Below are positions 39,601-51,028 of a stretch of 64,000 nt of DNA, piece by piece. A program made the position numbers and the translations under genes. The notes beneath the pieces are model-generated. The model was not told where the DNA came from. It saw only the letters and a list, made by a program, of their open reading frames with translations, and searched no databases. Position 1 is the stretch's first letter, and each line of letters begins with the position of its first letter. This stretch comes from Chromera velia (lineage: Eukaryota): the NCBI GenBank assembly GCA_018398765.1, contig JAHBMJ010000057.1:62001-126000 (forward strand), read 5' to 3'.

Positions 39601-42600
39601 ATGCGAATTCCCTAACGTGAAAGAGAAAACGTTCTTCAGTCGTTGAGGATCGCCGCAAAGACAACAGCCCGCTTTTGCTTCCTTTTCTTCTGCGTCTGCT
39701 AATTTTCTGGTGACTAGCCGTTTGTGCATGCCATCTGTTTGTGCATGTGAATGCAGACCTTGACGAGTGGACTCTTGCGTGCGTCACTTCCCTCACCTGC
39801 GTGCGTCAATTGAGTGCGTGTGTGTCGCCTATTTGAGTCCATGCAGACCTTGACGAGTGCACTCTTGCGTGCGTCACTTCCTTCACCTGCGTGCGTCAAT
39901 TGAGTGCGTGTGTGTCGCCTATTTGAGTCCATGCAGACCTCGACGAGTGCACTCTTCACACGCACAACTGCGACGCGTTTGGGTCCTGTGCGAACTCTGT
40001 TGGGTCGTTCAGGTGCACCTGTACTGATGGGTACACTGGGGATGGGATCAGCTGCACTCGTCAGTAGATGCATGCATTTACTTTTATTTGCATACAGAGA
40101 AATTTGCATACAGAATTCTGTACTGATGGGTACACTGGGGATGGGATCAACTGCACTCGTCAGTAGATGCATGCATTTACTTTCATACAGAATTCTTTTA
40201 TACAGAGAAATTTGCATACAGAATTCTGTACTGATGGGTACACTGGCTTTTTTTTTCCTTCTCTTGCAAGCAACTGTCAATGCCATGACATTCGTTTAGA
40301 TGGATTTCATCGGAAGGCGATTGGGTCTGATGCGACCGAAATACGGGCTTCTTTGCTGTGTTGCATGTGAAAGTTCGATGATCTGATTGGGGTCTGCATC
40401 CATCGATGCACTTCATTCCTTCTTTTTTGTCCCTCTGTTGAAATATTTGTCTGCATGCAGAAGCTGAGGGACCTGTGGTGAGTCTGTCTGATCAGTACAT
40501 TCATTTATTACTTGTTGCTGATTTCTTTCACGCATGCATGCATCAACACAGGAAGTTTGTGTCTGCTCTCCACCTGCTTAATTGTTTCTCTTGAGAGATT
40601 GCATTTCACCCTGCGCCCCTCTCAGATGTTCCGTTCCTCTCTCTTTCCTTTTGCTGAAATCTATCGGTCGCTCTTTTCACCGTCCATCCCTGTCTTTCTC
40701 CATTCCTCCCTTTCCATCTGTCTGTTTTATTGATTCCTTGATGGTTCCTTTCAGGTTGCCGATTTGTGTGAGTCCGACGGCAGCACACCCTCCGCCACTG
40801 TCCTGAGCAACTACGACACGCAGCTCGCAGCCATAGAGCAGTGGGCAATAGACAACGCTGGGAGCGCGGCCGTGGATCAGCTGGTGCGTTCCTTCGGTCG
40901 CATACATAATATGTATACAGAAACAAACAAGACACGAGACACAGAAGAAGACCACCAAAGATTACTGCACGACTCTCGAAGAAATGAACCCTGCATTTGG
41001 GACGCGAATGCAACCAGTGAGAGTCTCATCTCACCCCTCGTCTTGGCTCGCTCAGTCGAACGCCACAAAAGAGACGGCACACACATGAACAGTGATGAGG
41101 TGCTTTCTGTGCATGTCTATCCATGCATGCAGAAGCAGGAGGGTCTGACGACTCTGAGCACCAAACTAGACGCGTGCATCGCCATCGCACCCGCATCAGA
41201 GCAGCAGGCCATCGCCCAGGGAGCGTCCACGACGGCACTGGACCACGTGGAGTCCCTCTTGGTCAGTCAGTCAGTCCCTTTCGGTGCGTATGGAGGTAGG
41301 TGATACTTCAGCGCATCCTCGTGAATACTGCACGTGCTTGAGAGGGTCGCATTTATTTCCATACAGAATTCTTTTATTCTCATTTATGTATGAAAAAATT
41401 CTGTGTGAAAATAAATGCGTGAATACTGCACGTGCTTGAGAGGGTCGCAAAGTCAAGTCAACCGGAACCAGAAGTTCTCTCGTCTGTAGTTTCCTTTCAC
41501 ACACCCCGCCCCTTTTCCGCCCACCAAAGACTTCCGCCCGGCAAAACGACAGACACAGCTTGGACACCAGGTTTGGCAGCTCCTTCTTTCCTGCAAGAAG
41601 ATCTATTCGGATCCACCCCTCGCAAAGCTGTCCGCCGGTGTTGATCAAGAAAGAGAACACATTTGCATGTCTGTTGACGTCTCTGAGGTGTGTCTGTTAT
41701 TGTCTGTCTCTGTGTCTGCATGTATGTGTGTGCGTGTGTGTGTGTGTGTGTGTGCTTGCTTGCATGATTGATCCTGCAGGGCGGGGTGTCAACGTCCAAC
41801 GAAGACTCGACCTCCGTGACGGTGGACGAAATTCTCAACGACATCTGTCAGTCAGTCAGTCAGTCAGTCAGTGAGTCTGCTCTTTTTAAATTGTTCTCAG
41901 GTGCTGAAAGATTCGCCAAGCAAAATTCTCTCTGTGTCTTGTTTGTTGCCGTATCTGCCGGGTGTTTTTTTTTTTTTTAACGAAAGATTGGAGAGGCAGC
42001 AATTTGTTCGCCCTCTTCAGCGCTGTTCGCGTAAAGATCTTGAGACTGTGAACAATAGGATTGCAGGGATTTCCCTTCACAAACAGTCTATCGATATCTG
42101 CAACATGAATACAGATCTACCTCTGTACTAGCTTCTGATATTTCTCTCTGTCTCTCCTTGCAGCCGACAGTCTGTCTGCCACTCTTGGGGACTCGGGGAC
42201 TCTGACCATAGAGACGTGGGAGATGTCTCTCACAGTCTCCAACTCCCCCGCAGACGCGACGAGTCTCTCTGCCACATCCAAAACGTCCTCAGTCACCTTG
42301 ACCCTCAACGATGGCAGCGGTACCACCGGTGCGTTGTTGAATGGATTGAATGGTTTCCCTGTTGAACGGCAGGAATTCAAGTCGTTCCCTTCCCCCCTCT
42401 CTCTCCCGTGGTTGCAGATTTGCATCTCTCTGATTGATCGAATAATTGATTGGTTGATTGAATCAATAATTGATTGATGGATTGTTTACATCGAGTACCT
42501 GCAGGTGCGGCTGCATACGATGACTTCTCCCGCTTCACTTATGCTTTGGGGGGATTGGGAAAGGACGCAGAGTCGTCGGAATCGGGAGCGAGGTCTGTCT

Positions 42601-45600
42601 GTCCTCTCTAAGGAGATAGTGATAGATGGCTGCATGTGTGTGGGTGTGCATGCTCACTTTTTGCGATTTAGAGCTTTTTCTTCCAGCAAGTCTGTCCGAC
42701 GGCAGAAGTTCGTCTCCGGTTACGCTGCACTCTCTTTTCTTCCTTCCTCTCTACGCTGCACTCTCTTTCTTCCTTCCTCTCTACGCTGCACTCTCTTTCT
42801 TCCTTCCTCTCTACGCTGCACTCTCTTTCTTCCTTCCTTCCTCTCTACGCTGTACTCTCTTTCTTCCTTCCTCTCTACGCTGCACTCTCTTTCCTTCCTT
42901 CCTCTCTACGCTGCACTCTCTTTCTTCCTTCCTTCCTCTCTACGCTGCACTCTCTTTCTTCCTTCCTCTCTACGCTGCACTCTCTTTCTTCCTTCCTCTC
43001 TACGCTGCACTCTCTTTCTTCCTTCCTCTCTACGCTGTACTCTCTTTCTTCCTTCCTCTCTACGCTGCACTCTCTTTCTTCCTTCCTCTCTACGCTGCAC
43101 TCTCTTTCTTCCTTCCTTCCTCTCTACGCTGCACTCTCTTTCTTCCTTCCTCTCTACGCTGCACTCTCTTTCTTCCTTCCTTCCTCTCTACGCTGCACTC
43201 TCTTTCCTTCCTTCCTCTCTGGGTTTTCCGTCGTTTCATTTAGATTTCCCCTCTTTCTATCTATGCATTCCCTTCTCTCGATCTGGAGACGGACGGACGG
43301 ACACACAAGATTGACTGACGCCTCCTTCCTTCCTTCCGTCCTTCCTCCTTTTTCTTTTTGATTGCAGATCTGTGATGCTGGTAGAGTCTGCCTCCAGTCC
43401 GTCCCCTGCCGCCGGTGTGCGGACGCGGGAGTCCGGTTTCGTGATGGACGCTCTGTCGAGATACGTTCGGATAGGTCGGTCCGTCGGTCTTGTTTGGGCT
43501 TCCTTCTTTATCCTCCGTATTTGTGTGCATAGCCTGGTGAATTGTTTGAACCAGTTGTCAGAATAGGCATCCTCTCTCTGCGTCTCTCTGCGTGCGTCAC
43601 TCTTTTCCTCTCCTGGGTGATTGATTGCTTTGCTCTCTCGCTGGAAGCGTAGAAGCACAAATCTGCATATCCTTCTACTGACGCGTGCTCTGTCTCCTTA
43701 TCTGCCTGCAGTCGCCCGCCAGAACGGCAACGTGATTGGGTCTGGGCGTGTGCCTCTCAACGCGCTCTCCTCTGTGTCCTCCCTCAACAGGGCGACTGGG
43801 GGCCGCTCCTCTTCCAGGAGACTGCAGCAGTCGGACTTCGACGCTGGGAGCGCGAGGCTGCAGCTGCCCTGGCCCGACGAGACGGCGCAGCTGCTGGCGA
43901 TCCGGGCCATCGAGATCTCTCAAGGGGACTCTCTGGGGCTCAGCGGGGGGGAATGGGTTAAGGAGTGCGCACAGTTGGATGTGCAGAACGAGGAGTGGAC
44001 CTCAGCAGGTGGGTGGGTGGGCGCACTTAATTGTTTTGCGCGCGTATGCGAATTATTGAAATGTTAATTCTTTCAATTGTCAGGGCAGTCTTCGATCGAC
44101 GCACGCACAGACAGACAGAAGGATTCTTCACTCCCTCCCGCAACCACATGCAGAATCTTTCTTTCTCCTTGATTGTTCTAGTGCAGCGATCCCCAATTCT
44201 TTTCCCCAAGCAGTTGCTCTTTGCCCCTCCCTTGTCTGTTCCCACTAGCTATGCGTAGATGCAAACTTTCACGAGCAGGGTCACTGCAGTGCAGTTTTAT
44301 ATGTATGCATGTCCGTATGTGCGCAGGATGTGAGGGTCCCACTGTGAGCGCCGGCACTGCTGTCTGCACGTGCGGACTTCGGAGCTTGGAGACCTCCCTT
44401 GTTCTTGCCTGGAGGGTCAGTCAGTGGGAGGGCTGCATGAGTCGATCGATCGGGCGGGTGTCCTGATGCAGAAAGAGAAGGATGACAGACCGGACCGGAC
44501 TGGACTTGAGGTCTTGTCGGTGCAGAAGATCTGCAAAAAATTCTGTAGCCCTTAATTCATGAAGAGCTGCATTCTCTCCCTCGCCTCGTCAGAAAGTCTG
44601 AAGCAGCAAAAGTTTGCATCCATCTCATGCATGTGTGTTCATATGCAGATGTCCGTTCTGCCTACCTATCTATCTATCTATTTGTCTGAATGCAGTACAT
44701 TCCCCCTCCATCCACCCCCTCCACTTTGGGGGATAGCATGTGGACAAACAGCCTGAAAAGAAGAAGTGATGGCCTGGACTCGCCATCGTTCGCGTGGCTG
44801 GTCTGCACCTCCATCCTCATTCTGTTCTTGATCGCCGTGAGCGTCTCCTAGTAAGTCTACAGTCTCGCTCCGTTGAGAACTGTTTTGTTCTTTGTACTGC
44901 AGTTTGTCCCACTTCTGCTTTTTTGCTTCGTAGCAGCTTCATGAGCTAGAGCTCTTACACTGCACTTTATGCAAGCACTGGTACCCTCGTTCTGCTTTAG
45001 GGGCGCTTGATCGATCCATTAATATTCATCTTGAAGCATTCGTTTCCTCTCACAGGCCTTCCTGAAATTCTCTTTCCCTCCTGCCTCTCCTCTTTTTTAC
45101 CCCTCCAGTGCGCACATGGCTGAACAGATCTGCCGCCAGTAGAGACTCCAGCATGCATTCATTTTCTGTATGCACACACTTCTGTATGCACAATTCTGTA
45201 TCAAAATAAATGCAGTGCGCACATGGCTGAACAGAGGGATCTGCCGCCAGTAGAGACTCCAGACTCAAAGCGGTCTTCTCAGTATGGGAAGAAAAAGAAG
45301 ACGGCCATTCGACTGTTCGTGTCAGGGAAGGAGAAGGGGAAGGCCGAAACTGAGGAATCGGGGGTGAGGGGGGACAGAGCGGAGTGGGACTTTGCGCTTC
45401 TCCGCAAGGGGGTCCATCTGACCCGATTGAAGATGAACTTCAATCCCAGAAGGGTCCTCGCATTCAGAGCTGCAGAGAAGTGGAGAAAGGAAATGGGGGG
45501 AGGTCGCCGTTCTCCTTCGTCTTGCTGCTGTATGTTTCTGGTCCGTTGTTGCCGTCGGTTGCGGCGTCGAGAGAGGGCTCTGGGCGCGCTGGACCTCCCT

Positions 45601-48600
45601 CATCTTCGTTTGGCGTTGGAAGTGAAGAGACGGGAGGAGTGTATGCAGATGAAGGAATACGACGAGCGGATGATGGTGAAGGGTGCAGAGCCGCAGAGAC
45701 GGCAGAGAGACCTGTGGGGCAGACTGGACGTTCTGTTGTCGACTGTCAATGCAGAGATGGGAGTTCACTTCCCTGTTAAGCCCTGGATGTTCGTGCACTG
45801 TCAGGGCGCTCTGAAGGTCTTCCGACGGTCGAGCACACACGACCTGCATGGGGAGACTCGGTCAAGGTCTGATGAAGAGGACGGCGAGGACGATGCCAAT
45901 GTGAAGGACCGATTTGGGTTGGGGGAGATGAGGGGGGATGGGGGGGATTGGGATGCGGAGGCTCAGAGGTCGGGGGGGCAGCAGAGCACTCTGCACACGC
46001 CGGGGGGATTTTCGGGGCCTCAGGTAGTGGTGGAGCTTCCGGGTTCGATTCTAGGGAACGAAGGAGAAGGGGAAGATCCTTTGAGGGACGGGTCGGGGGG
46101 TTTGTTTGGGTCTGATCAGGACTTTTCGTCTTCGAGTTATGGAGACGATAACCTTGCGGAGCAGATGAGAGAGGGAGAAGAGGAGGAGAAAAAAGGGCAG
46201 AAAGAAGAACATGAGAGTGGGGATAAGAGACAATCAGCAGATTCTGCAGAAAGCAAAAACTTGAAGCAACTGCTGGGGACTCTCGCAGGCCTTGTACAGA
46301 AGGCTGAAGATTTGGGGGACGAGGAAGATGAAGAACGCGAAGAAAAAGAGAACAAAAAGGACAGCAGCAGCAAAGAAAATCCTGAGAAAAAACAGGAGGA
46401 GGAAGAAGAAATCAGCGATGCGAGCAGTGGAGACGACGCAGAGAAGGAAGAGGAGAGCAAGAGACAGGTAGGTGGACAGAAAGAGACCGGAGGGAAAGAA
46501 GTGTGGAGAGAGAGAACCCCTTCTCCTGCAGAAAAGAAAAGAGACACAGAGAAGAAAGGAGTATCACCTTCTTCTTTCGGGGGAGTCGCAGTCACCTCTG
46601 TGCGAAGGGTCCGTGAAAGCGAAAAAGAGAACGAGCGTCTGTCCTCCTCAAATGACGATTCTGACGCTTCCTCAGCCTCTTCCTCTTCTTCTGGTTCTTC
46701 CCAGTCTGTGTCGTCTTCTCAGAGCAGTGTTTCTGCAACTGCTGTAGTGGCAGCAGCAGAAGCAGCAACACTTGCTCTTGCTGCCAGACCAAAGTCCAGC
46801 AAAGACGGGACCCCGGCAGAGGAGGTTTCAGAAGAATCTCACGCAGAGTCGGCAGAATCCTCAGCAGCAGAGGAGGTCTCCGAAGAGTCTGACCACAAAG
46901 AAGAAGGCAGACATAGCAGACCCATCACACCGACTGGCCCCGTCAGCTCCAAAATGAGTCAAGAAAACCAAGAGAAGGAAGAAAAAGACTCTGCCCACAG
47001 AGAAGAAGAAGGAAAAAACTCCCCGAAGGACAACGCAGCAGAACCAGAGGAAGCAGAAGAGGAAGAGGAAAAGCAGCCGAGACCGACTCGAAAGCTCCAA
47101 AGAAAGCGCATTTCTCTTCTTCAGATAGAGGAGCGCTTGCGGAGGGCTTCTCTGTTGGGAATAGGGGAGGAAGAAGAGCAGGAGGAGGTGGACATGGGAG
47201 ACATTCTGGAGGATTTAGAATTTGAGGTCTCCAATTTTGTTGTTGCCAAAGAAGAAGAGGAAGAGCCCACATTTGCACCCCCCCCTCCGACCGATGAAGA
47301 CCTCCCATCTGCAACACCAGTCGCACTCTCGGACCGGAAGGCGTCCATCCATAGCCTTCAATCATCGGGTCAGGTCAAGAAAACGCGCCTGTCACTCTCT
47401 GAAGAAGCAGTAGCACGGAGAAATTCCGCCTCCAGACCCGCATCTCCTGTCCGACGTTCCTCCACAAGAATCGACGTGCAGTCACCCAGCAGCAACACAC
47501 GACGCTCATCCACAAGAATTCAAGTCCAGTCTGCAGAAGAAGAAGAAGCCTCCCCCGCGTCCCGGAGCCGAAGGTCGTCGACAAAAGCCAACACCGTCCA
47601 CCTGCAGTCAGCTCCCGATTTCTCTCAATTTCGCCGGTGCCCAACTCAAACTGAAACTGCCTCGCCTTCACGCCGCGCATCGACAAAAGTAAATCTGCAC
47701 TGCACTCCCGCATCACCAAGCCGGAGGTCTTCAACAAAAGCAGCCACAGTTCACCTGCAGGCAGCTCCGAACTTCTCCAAATTCCGCCGCTGTTCAAACG
47801 AAAGCGCCAAGTTGATATCTCCCACTCGCAGGAGGTCTTCTTTGAAAGCGAGCACAGTCCATCTGCAGTCGCCTCCCGACTTCCCTCATTCTCGACGGTC
47901 ATCCACCAGAAAAATGAGTTTGTCTCCCTCAAATCTGGCCGGCAGCAGCAGAAAAATGAGTTTGTCACCGTCTCATGTACGAGGGGGCCGAAAGATGAGT
48001 TTGTCTCCTTCCCGACAGGACAGAAGAAAGATGAGTCTGTCTCCCTCCAAAAATGAGGACAGGAAGATGAGTCTGTTCTTCTCCGGGTCCCACGCCTGTC
48101 CCTCCCCTCTCCTCCGGCGCCTGTCCACCCGCCTGAACGCGAGTGTGGGTGCAGTCCTGGACACCGTGCAGACGGACTCAGAAATCGGATCTCAACAAGA
48201 AGGCCAGGAAGGCAGCGTGGAAGAGGTGGAGTCGGACATCGACTTCTCTCAGGGCTCCGAGGGCAGCGGGTCTTTCCATAAATTCACCCCCCAGTGGGTC
48301 GAGATGAGGCGCTCCTCCACCCTCAAAGCCTCTGGGGGGGGGGGGACACTGAATAAGAGGGGCTCTATCGTCCCTCAAGTCCGCATGACCATGCGAAGGG
48401 GGGGGCAACCAACGGCGGAAATGTTGGAAGACGAAGAAGAAGACAGCAACAGCATCGGGAGTGGGAGTCAGAGCAGCAGTGAAGGGTCCTTTCCAAATTT
48501 TAAGAACCCGATGGCAACAGCGTCACTGCCTCCCGGGATGACCTCAACGAAACGCTTTTCTCTCGTTCCCCCCGTCGTCTTCCAGGGAGAGACGGCGGTC

Positions 48601-51028
48601 GAGTCCTCCCTGCATGAGGGCCACTCTGCAGGCTCGCGTTCTCGTTCCGCCTCCTCTGAGGGGGACGGCTTCTCCCCTTGTGACGGGAGGGTCATGAGGG
48701 CAATGCACAAAGAGATCAGGAGACAGAGCACCGCAGTAGAAATCCAAAGAGACTGCGGATGGAGAGCGGTGGCTCCGATGGCAATCGTGGCACCATTAGA
48801 TGTCTCCAGACCGGGAGCTATACCTCTCCGGTCGGTCGGTCGGTCGGTCGGTCGGCTGTTTCTCCTTTCTTGCAAGGCTTGGTTGCGCTTTTTCTTGCAC
48901 GTTCGTTCATTATTCTCTTCCGTCATGCACGTTCAGTATTCTCTTCCGTCATGCACCAAAAAGAAGTTGAATGCATGGTTGAAATGATCTCGTTCGGGGC
49001 TCCATGTGAAGCTTCTTTCCTTGTGCTGTTGCGGGGGGGATTTTTGTGGATATTGTGGTAATTTTTATGGATATTTTGGTCATTTTGAATAGTCGAAAGA
49101 TGTTGAAAATGATCTCTTTAGGGCCTTCATGGGAAGCTTCTTTCCTTGTATTGTTGACATGCTTGCATATTTGCTCACTCTCTTTATTTTGAGTCTCTGC
49201 ACCCTTCAATTTGGATGACGTTGCACGCCTGGCCATTCTTTCTTCGTCTCTTAATTCTTGCAGGTGCGAGTGGGTCTGTTGGACCTTCCGGGGATCCATT
49301 CTGTCAGTTGACCTTGACAGATGTCTCCCTTTCTCTTTCTCTTTCTTTCTGTTTGTTTGGGCATCATGTGTGTTTTTGTGTCGTTCTGAATCTGGAATGA
49401 AGAGAGGGGAAGACAGAAGAGAAGGAAGCAAGTTTCTGGTCCCGACATTCTACAGCTGACCGTTCTTTTTCTCCGTTTCGGCCTTTTTTTTCTCTCCATC
49501 GCCCTGAATGTCCGGACCCTCGTTGATGAATGCATTTTTTGTTTTCATACAGAAAATGAATGCATGAATGTCCGGACCCTCGTTGATGAATGCATGCATA
49601 CCGACTTGCGTGCGTGCAGCCACTGCCTGATGCGCAGTCACTTTATCCTTCGTCTGTTGTCGGGTCCTATGGCGACTTCTGTCTTCGAATTGTCCCCCCT
49701 CTCTGACGCCCTGGTGTTCTGTTTGAGACTTCTGTTCTCCTGGTCGTTCCTCCTCGGACTGAACGGCCTCGTGTTCTTCGATGAGCACACAATCGAACCC
49801 TACCTCCCTGCCACCTTCTCCACAGCACCCAAGGGAATGTCCATCTCCGGACACGCAGACATCGAGGCATACGCCCTCGTTTCGTTGCTGAAGGCCGTCG
49901 TTGCCTCTGCCTGCGGGTACCTGCTCATCTCGGGCGTTGTGCGGAGCGCTGTGGCGGGTGTGTGGGCGTCTGAGAATACAGTGGGCAAAATCCCCGAGAA
50001 CGGGCTCTTTCCCGCTGATGGCTTCACGGGGGGGGTGGGGGGCGACGCGGGGGGTTCAATGGATGGAGAGGGGGGATGTGCGTCTCCGTCCCCAGGGGGT
50101 CTGAGAAGGACCAGCCGTCGGGAGTCGACTGGGGGTCTGGGCCGGCGGCAGAGCCTGAGGGGTGACCCGAACTCCCCCTGCAGAAGGGGGCAGGACGCAT
50201 TGAGACGAGCCGAGTCGTTCATCGATCGAAACGTGGGGGGGGCCTCGGGACCTCTGTACTACAGGTTCGAGTGCGGTGAGAAGTTGGGAGCCCGGTCGGT
50301 CCGTCTGGTCCTTAGAAGGGCTCTCTGCGTGGAGATGTACTGCCAAGTGAGGACGCAGGAGAGACGGGCACAGGCGGTTTTGGGTTTGGTCTGTCTGTGT
50401 CAGCTGGTGGTTTTGGTCGGTTTGTTTGGCAGCACCTGCCAGGTGCAGGAGGGAGACGGATCCTCTTCTCCTTCCAGTTCCCCTCCTGGGTGGACTCAGA
50501 GAGACAGGGGGAGACTGTGGCATGAACACAGCGTCTCTCTGATCTGCCTTTTGGGACTGGAATTTGTTGTGACAGGGGTGATGGGAGTCCTTCACGCATC
50601 TCTGTTGTGGTCAGTCAGTCGGCATGCACGCATGCTGGGGATTGGGGGGGGGGGTAATTATTGGTTGAGTGTTTCCTTTCTCTTCCCTTCATGTTTTTTT
50701 CAGTCGTTGACTGGGCATCACTGTGCGCATCTTTTTGTTTTTGTTCATTCTTTCTAATCGCACGCATACCTATCTGTGTCACGATCTCACTGCGTACGTA
50801 CTCGGGTGGATGTCTGTCTGTCCGTGTCCATCTGTGTGCTTGATTAATTGCAGGTTGTGTGTGCGGACGAAGGGGTTGGATTGGTTCGTCAACTGTTTCC
50901 CCTCTGCCCTCAGTTTTCCCTTCCTGTCCCCTCTGCGGAAGAGGCAGAGAGGATACGAGTCGGTGCAGTCGGTGGACGGTCTCACGGCTGCTCAGTGGGT
51001 GGTGCCTCCAGTGCGAGAGCCGGAGTGA
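15869..51028 (+). CDS. Giant EGF/PAN-repeat multi-pass surface receptor, polycystin-1/adhesion-receptor-like (63 exons, 13,881 nt, ~4,626 aa by my model)
   Basis: Exon 15869-16660 encodes the signal peptide and beta-rich lectin-like repeats, continued by 18358-18460. EGF exons start at 18721, 19078, 19404, 19936, 20309, 20797, 22957, 23453, 23827, 25308, 26737, 27270, 28039, with 25 more between 29609 and 40059 (38 total, mostly Ca-binding D-I/V-DEC type). PAN/Apple exons: 21256-21519, 21701-21834+22552-22624, 24346-24618, 24821-25030, 25775-26029, 26282-26491, 28499-28747, 29072-29284. Stalk exons: 40461-40477, 40755-40883, 41133-41261, 41780-41846, 42164-42328, 42505-42592, 43368-43474, 43712-44008, 44327-44415 (GPS-like [20 protein letters not shown]). 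TM exon 44696-44850 ([20 protein letters not shown]), then 45216-48830, 49264-49302, 49620-50609 (about four more hydrophobic helices) and 50854-51028 (stop). All splice phases are compatible and the summed length is divisible by 3. Confidence 0.85.
16725..17885. repeat. 30-bp tandem minisatellite (~38 copies) in intron 1 of the giant receptor
   Basis: Unit GTCTATGTGCGTGCCTGTTTCTCAGAGTGTGGCTCC-like with 30-bp period; stop-free in all three + frames. Confidence 0.93.
17953..18237. repeat. 71-bp tandem repeat (4 copies), intronic
   Basis: CTCCATTTTGCACGCATGGATCCCTGATGCC... at 17953, 18024, 18095 and 18166. Confidence 0.92.
21871..22370. repeat. 82-bp tandem repeat (6 copies), each containing a copy of the upstream exon end and donor site
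   Basis: TGTCTGTTCTTCTCCTTCGACCCGACTTCACAGGT matches the exon end at 21802-21836; units start at 21871, 21953, 22048, 22130, 22212 and 22294. Confidence 0.92.
27563..27925. repeat. 11-bp tandem repeat (TGAGGGTCATC/AGC/AGG)n, intronic
   Basis: Seen directly; roughly 30 units. Confidence 0.93.
30432..30608. repeat. (CA)n microsatellite, intronic
   Basis: Seen directly. Confidence 0.95.
35723..35965. repeat. 45-bp tandem repeat (~5 copies) containing TTGCGTGCGTCAA
   Basis: Unit CCCGACTGCATGTTTTCTTTTTTGCGTGCGTCAATGTCCTTTTCT. Confidence 0.9.
42721..43220. repeat. ~30-bp pyrimidine-rich tandem repeat, intronic
   Basis: Unit TACGCTGCACTCTCTTTCTTCCTTCCTCTC, about 16 copies. Confidence 0.92.

Noticed and set aside
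45223..48987. Stand-alone 1,254-aa gene
   Set aside because: An acceptor at 45215 and donor at 48831 place it in frame as an internal exon of the giant receptor.
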